DNA of 62,973 nt, counting the filler, from Octopus bimaculoides (taxonomy: Eukaryota): the NCBI RefSeq assembly GCF_001194135.2. It is 7 parts of 6 records of this genome, joined end to end, with 100 filler letters (N's around TTAATTAATTAA, not from the genome) between each part and the next. Parts side by side here need not be neighbours in the genome. Positions count along the whole stretch, not along the records: positions 49,155 to 62,973 come from NC_068985.1; 6 more parts are not named here. One strand, written 5' to 3'. The notes under the pieces are model-generated. The model did not search any database and was not told the DNA's origin. It saw only the letters and a program-made list of their open reading frames with translations. Made by a program: the position numbers and the translations under genes. Positions 52,961 through 62,973 of the stretch are shown here, one piece after another; position 1 is the first letter of the stretch; each line of letters starts with the position of its first letter.

Positions 52961-53564
52961 CTATTTAACTTAGTGCCATTATCATCATCATCATCATCGT
53001 CGTTTAACGTCCGCTTTCCATGCTAGCATGGGTTGGACGATTTGACTGAAGACTATTGAAACCAGATGACTACACCAGGCTCCAAGCTGATTTGGCAGAG
53101 TTTCTACAGCTGGATGTCCTTCCTAATGCCAACCACTCCGAGAGTGTAGTGGGTGCTTTTACGTGCCACCAGCACAAAGGCCAGTCAGGTGGTACTGGCA
53201 ATGGCCACGCTCAAAATGGTGTATTTTACGTGCCACCTGCACAGAACTTGCTTAATATTTAGGATAGGAATAGTTAGGAACTTCATGCACAGCATTCAGT
53301 GAACCAAAAGCTACACAAACTATATAAGGAGAACTTTGGCAGGTTTTGAGTGGGCGCTGAAAAGTTCCTGGCTTTAGATAAAAGAAAATACAAGAGGATC
53401 AGTTAATTATGATTTTATTGAACATATTCCCCTCTCAGATTCACACAGTTATTGCAGTGGTCCTACAGTTTTTCTAAGCCTTGTAAAAGAACTTGGAATG
53501 TCGAGCCTCAAACCAGGCCTTTTGCGATACCCTTAAAGCCGGGAACTTTTCAGCATCCCCATGT

Positions 53565-53950
53565 ATGAGGAACCAAAATTTAGATGTACTAGCTGTCAAG
53601 ATGTGATCGACTGAAATTTCAGAGAAACATTTTATGACAATCTCATAGATGTTGCTTTCTATTGTGCTTTATTCTGACTTCCATAAGGGGAGATAAAAAT
53701 TCAGTACAGCAAGCAAATCATATTCCTATACTTTTGTATATTTATAGAAAAGTTGACTGAGTTTATGAGAGTTAATGGTCTTTGTCAGAAATAGTGTAGC
53801 ATCTGTGAAGGAATAAGTGTTCAGTGGCATGATTCAAATGATGTAGCTATAACTTGCTGGGCAACTGTGCTACCAGTAACACCACAGACCACCTGGCATC
53901 ATATCTCCTGAAACGAAATATTATTAAATATTTATGGTACTTTGACTGTG
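53565..53950. repeat. About 400-bp segment present as an inverted copy at 61205-61625
   Basis: Direct alignment; 53753-53838 is the exact reverse complement of 61324-61409. Confidence 0.9.
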
Positions 53951-54007
53951 CAGTTTTATTGAGAGCTAGTGGGACATGCTATTCTGCTAATTAATATCCA
54001 GTATAAG

Positions 54008-54431
54008 CATGGCCAGATTAAGACCCATGAAGGCCCTAAGCACTTAAAAGACTTTGGTGCCCCCATATGTATATAATCTAAAATATAAACAATCATACAC
54101 CTCAAAATAAATTTTCATTTTTCAAAATGAAACTAAATTAAGAGTAAGATGGAAAATAATGTTAATTTTTGTATACTTCCACTTCATTTATATTTTAAAA
54201 GTTTTTTCCTACTTTTTTTTAATTGTAAGGTCTTTAATCAGATCCACAAAATTCATCTTATGTAACACATCTACTTCTATACTTAGTAGATATAAGGCAT
54301 CCTGAATATTATTTCAGCAAGTTTAATGTGATTTCTTTTGTGCCTTAAACCATTTACCATTTCTGTGGCATCCCATTTTCCTTGATCTGCTTAGCATGTG
54401 CTTGTTTTGCTTATTGGTTAATCCAGCTCTG
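54008..54431 (-). mobile_element. hAT deletion derivative retaining the dimerisation-domain C-terminus
   Basis: Ends CATGGCCAGATTAA / TTAATCCAGCTCTG; minus-strand LLSIEVDVLHKMNFVDLIKDL; flanks AGTATAAG/AGCATAGA are an imperfect 8-bp TSD. Confidence 0.75.
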
Positions 54432-54817
54432 AGCATAGAGATGTGTCTTATCTTGGTTTGGTTTAATGTTTACAAACAGAAATAACTCTACGAGGTTGTT
54501 TTTCACAGCAAACAATTTGGGGGACTAGATGGTAAGTACTGTAAAGTAATCAATAACATGATTGCCTGACAAGTGATACACATCCTGGACTGCATCCAAA
54601 AAAAATGTCTCCTGATTGACAGGCTTACAGTAACTCAACTAACACATCTACCTATTTGACCCACAGTTTCCTCTCTACCTTTTCTCTTGATACTACTAAA
54701 ATGATCTTCACTCCTTTATGCAGGCTGGTCTTATGTTACTTCCACCAACGCACTCTCTTCCTTTCATTACATATTGTATTCACTTTTTTTTTTTATAGAA
54801 GATATAAGAAGACAAAA

Positions 54818-55050
54818 TAACGCTAAGCATTTCGCCCTGCGTGCTAACGATTCTTATTTCTTTATTGCCCACAAGGGGCTAAACATAGAGGGGACAAACA
54901 AGGACAGACAAAGGGAATAAGTCGATTACATTGACTCCAGTGCGTAACTGGTACTTATTTAATCGACCCCGAAAGGATGAAAGGTAAAGTTGACATCGGA
55001 GGAATATGAACTCCGAATGTAGCGGCAGACGAAATACTGCTAAGCATTCT
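54818..55050 (-). mobile_element. SINE family A variant with alternative tail, fused to a truncated second head
   Basis: Tail on minus CTTTGTCTGTCCTTGTTTGTCCCCTCTATGTTTAGCCCCTTGTGGGCAATAAAGAAATA; same variant at 56800-57031. Confidence 0.85.
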
Positions 55051-55789
55051 GTGTTCCATACAGTCTGGGGTTACAAGGACTGCATCATGTTCCAGTGTCT
55101 ACTTTGGCATGGTTTCTACAACTGGGCGTTCTTCCTAACACCTGTCACTATACAGCATTTGTTTTTCATGGCACCAGCATTACCAAGGCCACCATGCAGC
55201 TTGCAAGACCTGGTGTTTCCATGGTCAGCCTGAGGCTATTGTTGAAGACAAGGGGCTACACAGTGGGACTGAACCTGGAACCATGTGGTTGGGAAGTAAA
55301 CTTCATAGCACACAGCCATGCCTGCACCTATATGCATTTATTAACATATTTGTGTAAAAATATTTTACATTTACCCAAAGAAGGTGAACCCTTCTCTGAC
55401 AGGTGAAATATTGTTTGCTTTCAAATTTGAAACCCCTTACTGATAAAATCACGAAGGGAGGACCAGTTTTATGTTAGGAGATGAGGGGTTAAATTATGAG
55501 AGGCGGCAGAGCAGGTTCCTGTTATAGAGGAGCTGCATAGCTACTGACATTTATAAAAAGTTTTCTATCCACATGTGTAATTCCTGCAATTGTCAAGAAC
55601 ATTAATGTTATAGATCTCACTATTCTTAGACGTCCAGTGCAAAACATTGGAATGGCTCCATCTTCTAAACTAAATCAATGCAAAACAGTTACATAGTTCA
55701 AATCTCACCAATGGGTCTGTTGCTCTTTCATGACTCAAGTTCATGCTTAAAAAAATCATCATTGTCCTCATGCTCACTGCCGCCACAGT

Positions 55790-55960
55790 CGCCAACACCA
55801 CCTCACCCCACCCCACCACCGTCATCGTCGTTGTCGTCGTCGTCGTTGTCATCATCGTTGTCGTCGTCATCGTTGTCGTCATTGTCGTCATCATCATCAT
55901 CATCATCATCATCACCGCCACCACCACTGCTGCCGCCGCCGCCACCACCACCATCATTAT
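55790..55960. repeat. Compound (GTC)/(ATC)/(ACC)/(GCC) trinucleotide tract
   Basis: Seen directly. Confidence 0.95.
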
Positions 55961-56307
55961 TTAATGTCTGTTTTCCCATGTTGGCGTGGGTTGGGTCATG
56001 ATCTTTGACATATATCAGGATTCCTATTTTGATGAAAGTATATAAGTTAATTTTAGAATCATATTTAAGTGCATTATATTTTAAGTGCATATTTTACTCT
56101 GGTTGATGTTGAGTGCTGTAACCATGCTAAATCTTCTATAATTTTTGTTGATCAATATTCAGTTGTTTGATCAACTAGACTACCCACTTGTTAAATTGAT
56201 AGATAAGTGGATAAGTTATCCACAAACTAAATAGCAGTGCTGGGTCTTTGGAAAACAGGTATGAGCAAAAAAGCTTTATTTCTACAGTCAATTATGCAAC
56301 ATTTTAA

Positions 56308-56493
56308 CCCTTTCATTACCAACCCGGCTGAAACCGAAGTTTTGAATTAAAACCTTCCACCAAACCTTGGTCACAATTAAGGTTCCTAACATTAGCTTAA
56401 TGATAACTAAGTTATTTTACTAAATTCTTTGTTGTATTTAAAGTAATTGAGAGAAACACAGAGCATCTCAAAATAAATACAGTAACGAAAGGG
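56308..56493. mobile_element. piggyBac-type MITE
   Basis: TTAA|CCCTTTCATTAC ... GTAACGAAAGGG|TTAA. Confidence 0.9.
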
Positions 56494-59400
56494 TTAAATT
56501 ATTATACCAAAGACAAAGAAAAAGAAAAAGAAGGAAAGAAAAAAGGTGGGGAGGGGCAAATAAGCAGAAGAGGGGGTGATGGGCCACACACTTTGGAACA
56601 AATGGTGTACTCTACCGTGCCCTGTAGTAATGACCACAGTGATGCTGTTGCAGAGAATGGCAAGTGGCACTTGTTGCTGCAGCCACTCCACTTCGCGGAG
56701 CTCATCTCTTGGGTCAATCCAAGATTGTAGTAAAAGGCACTTGTCCAAAAATCCCTGCAGTGTGATTGAATCTGGGGTCTCATAATAGCAAGGTGACCTT
56801 CTTATTTCCTTATTGCCCATGAGGGGCTAAACATAGAGAGGACAAACAAAGACAGACAAAGGGATTAAGTCGATTACATCGACCCCAGTGCGTACTGGTA
56901 CTTAATTTATCGACCCCGAAAGGATGAAAGGCAAAGTTGACCGCGGCGGAATTTGAACTCAGAACGTAATAGCAGACGAAACACTGCTAAGCGTTTCGCC
57001 CAGGGTGCTAACGCTTCTGCCAGCTCGCCGCAAGGTGACCTTCTTAATGACCGTCTGCGTCAACTGTGAGTTGCAGAGCAAACTGAAGGCATTTTTCAAG
57101 TCAGGACTTTGACTGAACTTTAATTAAATAAAGGTGAAGATAAGCCTTCTGATTTGGATATAATATTAAGGTTGAAGGCTGACAGAGAGAAAGGAAAAAG
57201 AGGGGAAAAAGTTTATGTAACTTTATGAAATAAAACTAAAATTCTCAAGATTTCTGTTCACATACATATATACATAACTGTCTGCTCTGATGATAAAGCT
57301 GCCTCCCCTAAGGTTTGTAGTCTTGCCAGCTACATGACAACTTCATAAATACTGATTCCTTGATAAAAAGCATCCAGCACACACTGTAAAGGGGTTGGCA
57401 TTACAAAAGGCATCCAGCTGTATAAACCATGCGAAAGCAGACAATAGAGCATGATGCAGTCCGTAGACCCTGCAGATCTTGTCAAACTTGCCAATCCATG
57501 TAAGCATAGAACAATGATGATGACAATGATGACAATGGTCATAATGATGATGATAATATATTCCTTCATTCTTTCATTTGTTTTAGTCATTTGACTGTGG
57601 CCATGCTGGAGCACTGCCTTTATTTTCTTTTGTGGATTGTGTCGTTCGCGAGAAGAGACTCGATAGATAGCAGTTTGGTAGCTGCTCTACTAAGCACATC
57701 ACTCTGAATGGCAAGTCGAGTTATATGCAAGCAATCCTTTTCGTCTCAATCTCTTTGAACAAGTTGGGGCGTGATGTTGATATTTTTCTTTTATTTATTA
57801 GTAAAATAAGTACTTTTACTTCTTGATATAATAAGTATTTTTATATAAATTCGTAACATAAGTTCATTTTTCTTTTTACTCCCTACCATCCTCCCTCTAG
57901 ACTGATTCTGGCCAATTTTTTTTCAGTTAAAAACCATGGGAAGAGCCATTTCGGTAAAAAACAAAAAAAAAGTTGTAGATATTTTCAGAGGCAAAGTGTG
58001 ATTTAAGGGAGATTTAGCTATCGTTTCTAGTACATCCCAAGACAACTCTCATCGTTTCTTTCTTACNNNNNNNNNNNNNNNNNNNNNNNNNNNNNNNNNN
58101 NNNNNNNNNNNNNNNNNNNNNNNNNNNNNNNNNNNNNNNNNNNNNNNNNNNNNNNNNNNNNNNNNNNNNNNNNNNNNNNNNNNNNNNNNNNNNNNNNNNN
58201 NNNNNNNNNNNNNNNNNNNNNNNNNNNNNNNNNNNNNNNNNNNNNNNNNNNNNNNNNNNNNNNNNNNNNNNNNNNNNNNNNNNNNNNNNNNNNNNNNNNN
58301 NNNNNNNNNNNNNNNNNNNNNNNNNNNNNNNNNNNNNNNNNNNNNNNNNNNNNNNNNNNNNNNNNNNNNNNNNNNNNNNNNNNNNNNNNNNNNNNNNNNN
58401 NNNNNNNNNNNNNNNNNNNNNNNNNNNNNNNNNNNNNNNNNNNNNNNNNNNNNNNNNNNNNNNNNNNNNNNNNNNNNNNNNNNNNNNNNNNNNNNNNNNN
58501 NNNNNNNNNNNNNNNNNNNNNNNNNNNNNNNNNNNNNNNNNNNNNNNNNNNNNNNNNNNNNNNNNNNNNNNNNNNNNNNNNNNNNNNNNNNNNNNNNNNN
58601 NNNNNNNNNNNNNNNNNNNNNNNNNNNNNNNNNNNNNNNNNNNNNNNNNNNNNNNNNNNNNNNNNNNNNNNNNNNNNNNNAACTATTTATTTAGTGTTTT
58701 CAACGCTTTGAGGGATTCATTGTAAAGATTTTTATTTGTAGAAAAATCATACTTTTCATATATATGTGAGTTAGTTGAAAAAAAAAAATCTGGAGATGAA
58801 TTTGTTTTCTTGGGTTTTGGGAAGGGGATGTGGTTGAGTTGTGCTTTGTTATTTTGAATCTGCATGAGTGTGCATATCTATATGTGTGTATGTGTGGTGA
58901 ATTTTTAGGAAGAAAGAAAGGAAAAAAGAAAGAAAGAAAAAAATAAAGAAATAAAAAAAGAAAGAAAGAAAGGGGTCTTTTTCTGAGATGGTTGAAATTG
59001 ATGTATGAGGATATGTATATGTATATATATAAACATATTGGGTGTGAATTAATAGCAAAGATCAAATACTTTGGGTGTTTCTTTCATTTCTAAGAATTTC
59101 CTTATTTTAACATTTTGTTTATTATATTTGTTTCATTTTCTATTTTACTTTCGTATGATTTCATATTTAAATTAAATAAATAAAAAAAACATTGTATCAC
59201 TTTCCTTTCAGAAGAATCCAAATAAACTTGGTTTCTTCCATTTCATTAGACAGTCAAGTGTCATTAGAGAGAAATTTGACTGCTGCTTTTTATAAGTCTA
59301 GTGACTGCACAGAGGCCCTCAAGTGCAATAGCTTTCCTTTGGAGGTGTTATAAGGCTGCATTTATTTCTGTTATATCACTGATGGCCTGAATGCTAAAGG

Positions 59401-59950
59401 GAAGGGTTAATAGGAAAAGAATCAACAAGTTAAGGGTATACAGCTCTTATCTTGTTATTGATGTTGCAGTGTCTCCTTAACCAAGACACTAATTTCTCGA
59501 CCATGTATTTATAAACATATTCATTAACAATGTAGCTATACATCAAGACAAAACATGAAGTTCTGAAAGTAGATCAGTAAAATTGCTCAGTCATTAAGTG
59601 CAGGATTTGAATGTGCTTCAGATTACAAGACACTGCAGTGATGTCGATGATGAAGAAGACAAAGAAAGAAAAAATCATTTTTTTATGGTGACATACATTG
59701 CATAAGTATTGATGAAGTCGATATATTTGTCATATCGAAAGTTTAATGACATTAAATTTTCTGAACACATGTACAAGCATGTTGCAAGCTGACTGCCATC
59801 TGTTCCTTTATGTGAATATTGCATCAATTTCTTGAAGTTTCTTTCTTAATATTTTCTTTACAAATTTCACCTTAAGAAGCTCACCACAAAAATGGACTCA
59901 TAGATAATATTTTATGTTCAATTCACAAATATGCATATGTTTATGTATAT

Positions 59951-60300
59951 CAGTCCCACTGCGTGACACTTTGGGCAAGTGTCTTCTACTATAGCCTCGG
60001 GCCGACCAAAGCCTTATGAGTGGATTTGGTAGATGGAAACTGAAAGAAGCCCGTCGTATATATGTATATATATATATATATGTATGTGTGTTTGTGTGTC
60101 TGTATTTGTCCCCCCACCATCGCTTGACAACCGATGCTAGTGTGTTTACGTCCCCGTAACTTAGCGGTTCAGCAAAAAGAGACCAATAGAATAAGTACTA
60201 GGCTTACATAAGAATAAGTCCTGGGGTCGATTTCCTCGACTAAAGGCGGTGCTCCAGCATGGCCGCAGTCAAATGACTGAAACAAAAGAGTAAAAGAGTA
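59951..60300 (+). mobile_element. tRNA-derived SINE family B (5'-truncated, young)
   Basis: CORE-like GGGCAAGTGTCTTCTACTATAGCC, internal (TA)/(TG) tract, tail GGCGGTGCTCCAGCATGGCCGCAGTC..(GTAAAAGA)n. Fragments at 11440-11520, 22460-22530, 40915-41050, 41635-41800, 42025-42085, 43572-43720, 55215-55325 and 57555-57620. Confidence 0.9.
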
Positions 60301-60422
60301 AAAAAATATGTATGTATGCATGTATGTATGTATATATGTTATGTTATGACTGTATGTATATATGTGTGTCTATCTGTTTGCATGTATGCATGCATGTATG
60401 TATAGACACACACACACACACA

Positions 60423-60538
60423 GCTGTAAAGTTCATAGGCTGACCAAGATACTCTCATGGAATATTACCAAATGAGGTTTATTTATATTTATAATCACTC
60501 CTTCATAGTCAGACTATGAACTTTACAACCCACCTTCG

Positions 60539-60540
<2 letters not shown>
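60423..60540. mobile_element. Short mariner-type MITE
   Basis: GTAAAGTTCATAGGCTGAC / GTCAGACTATGAACTTTAC inverted repeats; right end at TA. Confidence 0.75.
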
Positions 60541-60572
<32 letters not shown>

Positions 60573-60585
60573 AAGAGAGAGAGGG

Positions 60586-61050
60586 TACAAGGGGTATTTG
60601 AGAACACTTAATTATCAATATATTGCACTTTTCAAACCAAATAAAAGTTTATATTTTTTTCAGATCTTCCAAGGAAGATAAAATGCTAACACAAGAATTT
60701 AAAGGATGTGTAGTCATTGTTACTATAGAATACAGCAATTTAGAAATTGCCAACTTTCTAAATGTTGCAGGGTTCTTTGTACACAAAGTTCAGATAGAAT
60801 TGAAACTGGTAGCCACTGGTGGGAATGTTTCAGTTGCATCAAAAAAATAAAAAAACAGTCTTACTGTTCAGACATTATAAGGACACCATATTTCATCTAA
60901 CAGTTTCAAAATATTATCAATGATGATCCCAAAATATCAATGAGGTCCCTCACCAAAGAACTTCATGTGTTGGAGAGGATTATCAGAACCATGGCACATG
61001 AAGAGATTTGATATAAGTTGTATGAGAGGCCAATCCATGTCTGCAAAGAC
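60586..61050 (+). mobile_element. Tc1/mariner-superfamily (maT/DD37D-like) transposase N-terminal fragment
   Basis: MLTQEFKGCVVIV..SNLEIANFLNVAGFFVHKV..GGNVS..SDIIRTP.FI..IINDDPKISMRSLTKELHV. Confidence 0.75.
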
Positions 61051-62807
61051 ATGATAACTGTTTGATTTATATAAACAGATATCATCATCATCATCATCAT
61101 CGTTGTTGTTCTAACATCCAATATTTCATGCTTGTAAAGGTAAAATGGAACTCGTGGACATCATTATGCTGGACAGGGCTAAATAATTCTTGAATCACAG
61201 TAATAAAATAGTACAGTCAAAGTAACATAAATATTTAATAGTATTTCATTTAAAGAGATGTGATGCCAGGTGGTCTGTGGTGTTACTGGTAGCACACTTG
61301 CTCAGCAAGTTATAGACAGATGGTTTGAATCATGCCACTGAACACTTATTCCTTCACAGATGCTACACTATTTCTGACAAAGACCATTAACTCTCATAAA
61401 CTCAGTCAATCTTACTGTAAATATACAAAAGTACAACACACTCCTGGACAGGAATATGATTTGTTTGCAGCACGGAATTTTTATCTCCCCTTAGGAAAGC
61501 CAAAATAAAGGACAATAGAAAGCAACATCTATGAGATTGTCATAAAATGTTTCTCTGAAACTTCAGCTGGCCACATCTCAACAGCTAGTTCTTAGATGAA
61601 CATGATCTTAGTTGTTTCTGCTCCTTTAGATCAGTAAGAGGCAGACCTACTATAATCTCAATGGCCAAGATGACCCCTAGAGGGAGATGGAATGGGTGGG
61701 CATACAGACCCCTGAATCGCACTCAAATGGTGCTTTTTACATGCCACTGGCATGGGAGTGATCCTGCTGCTCTGCCAGTGATCCTGCTGCTCTGCCAGTG
61801 ATCCTGCTCAGATTGTGCCGTTAGCACTCCACTTGCACGGGTGCCAGTCATCAAATTTGGTTCAATTTCGATTTCGATTTCGATTTCACTTGCCTCAACA
61901 ATATTGCCGCAAACAATATAATGCATAAACCCATGTATACACACACAAAGGTCAAACATGCTCATACTTATGATGAAATATAAAAAATAAAGATAAATAT
62001 GTAAATAAATGAAAAGCAAAGAAGAAAACCTATCTAAGGGACACGGATATGAACAATATAGTAAGCAAACCCATATACATACACACAAAACACACATATA
62101 AAACACATAGACACATGAATACACATGCATGCACATGCACACATAAACGCACACACACACACACACAGATAGAGATGCAAATGCATGCGCAGATAAGGAC
62201 ACAGATCACTGAAAGACAGAGTGGACTGAACAGAATAGGTGAATACACATGGGATAGAAAAGTCGCTGAACAGGTTGCAGATGTGTGACAAGAGATTTCT
62301 AGATAATGGATATAAGATAAAATAAGAATAATAATAAATAAGTAAAGAATGAATATATAGTGTATGTTTATTTGATAAGAAAAGAAAATTACCATCCTGA
62401 AAACACACACACACACACACATATTAAAGGAAATAGAGAAATACAATTGACATATTATAAATTTATTAACATTATAATATAATATAATTATGCAATAAAA
62501 AGATATAATATTATATAATAGAACAAATAATTAAAACAAATATATATCCTACAATTTGTTCTGATTCATATCCACTAGTAAATTTATAAAAAATTCATAT
62601 TTATGCATATGAATCTCATCGCTGTAGATAATACTTGTATGTCTGTGTTGATTACAAACAGGGGAACTATTCATTCTGACTCTTACCTTTCTCTGATAAT
62701 GTTTACAATTCATCAGAAAGCTGTCTATAGTAGATATGAACATCAATGGTCAAGAAAAATTGTTCTCATCAAAGTTTAACAGAAGGCTAGCCAAAATCTT
62801 CTAGCAC

Positions 62808-62871
<64 letters not shown>

Positions 62872-62888
62872 TATTATTATTATTATTA

Positions 62889-62924
<36 letters not shown>

Positions 62925-62973
62925 TAGTCTTATTTTTATAACGTGCTTTCACTTCACTACCGAGCGCAGCTCT

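Overview
AT-rich, microsatellite-dense eukaryotic draft-assembly DNA with many N gaps. The repeat landscape is what I would expect of an octopus/coleoid genome (inference). No host protein-coding gene can be named with confidence. Almost all long ORFs in the track are translated microsatellites or N runs. The identifiable coding remnants are all transposon-derived: CR1-type, RTE-type and R4/Dong-like LINEs, two Penelope-like elements, Tc1, mariner, maT-like and hAT transposases. There are also MITEs (hAT, piggyBac, mariner, palindromic) and at least four tRNA-headed SINE families. The most unusual object is a tRNA-headed SINE whose 3' module carries a Penelope-type minimal hammerhead ribozyme, present as a fold-back pair at 17925-18557. 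Other notable structures: a twin-priming-like 5' inversion in an RTE LINE, a template-switch duplication with junction microhomology, a 7 kb-spaced inverted repeat with an 86-bp identical core, and a switch from CpG-retaining to CpG-depleted DNA near 30-31 kb that suggests an unannotated methylated gene body.
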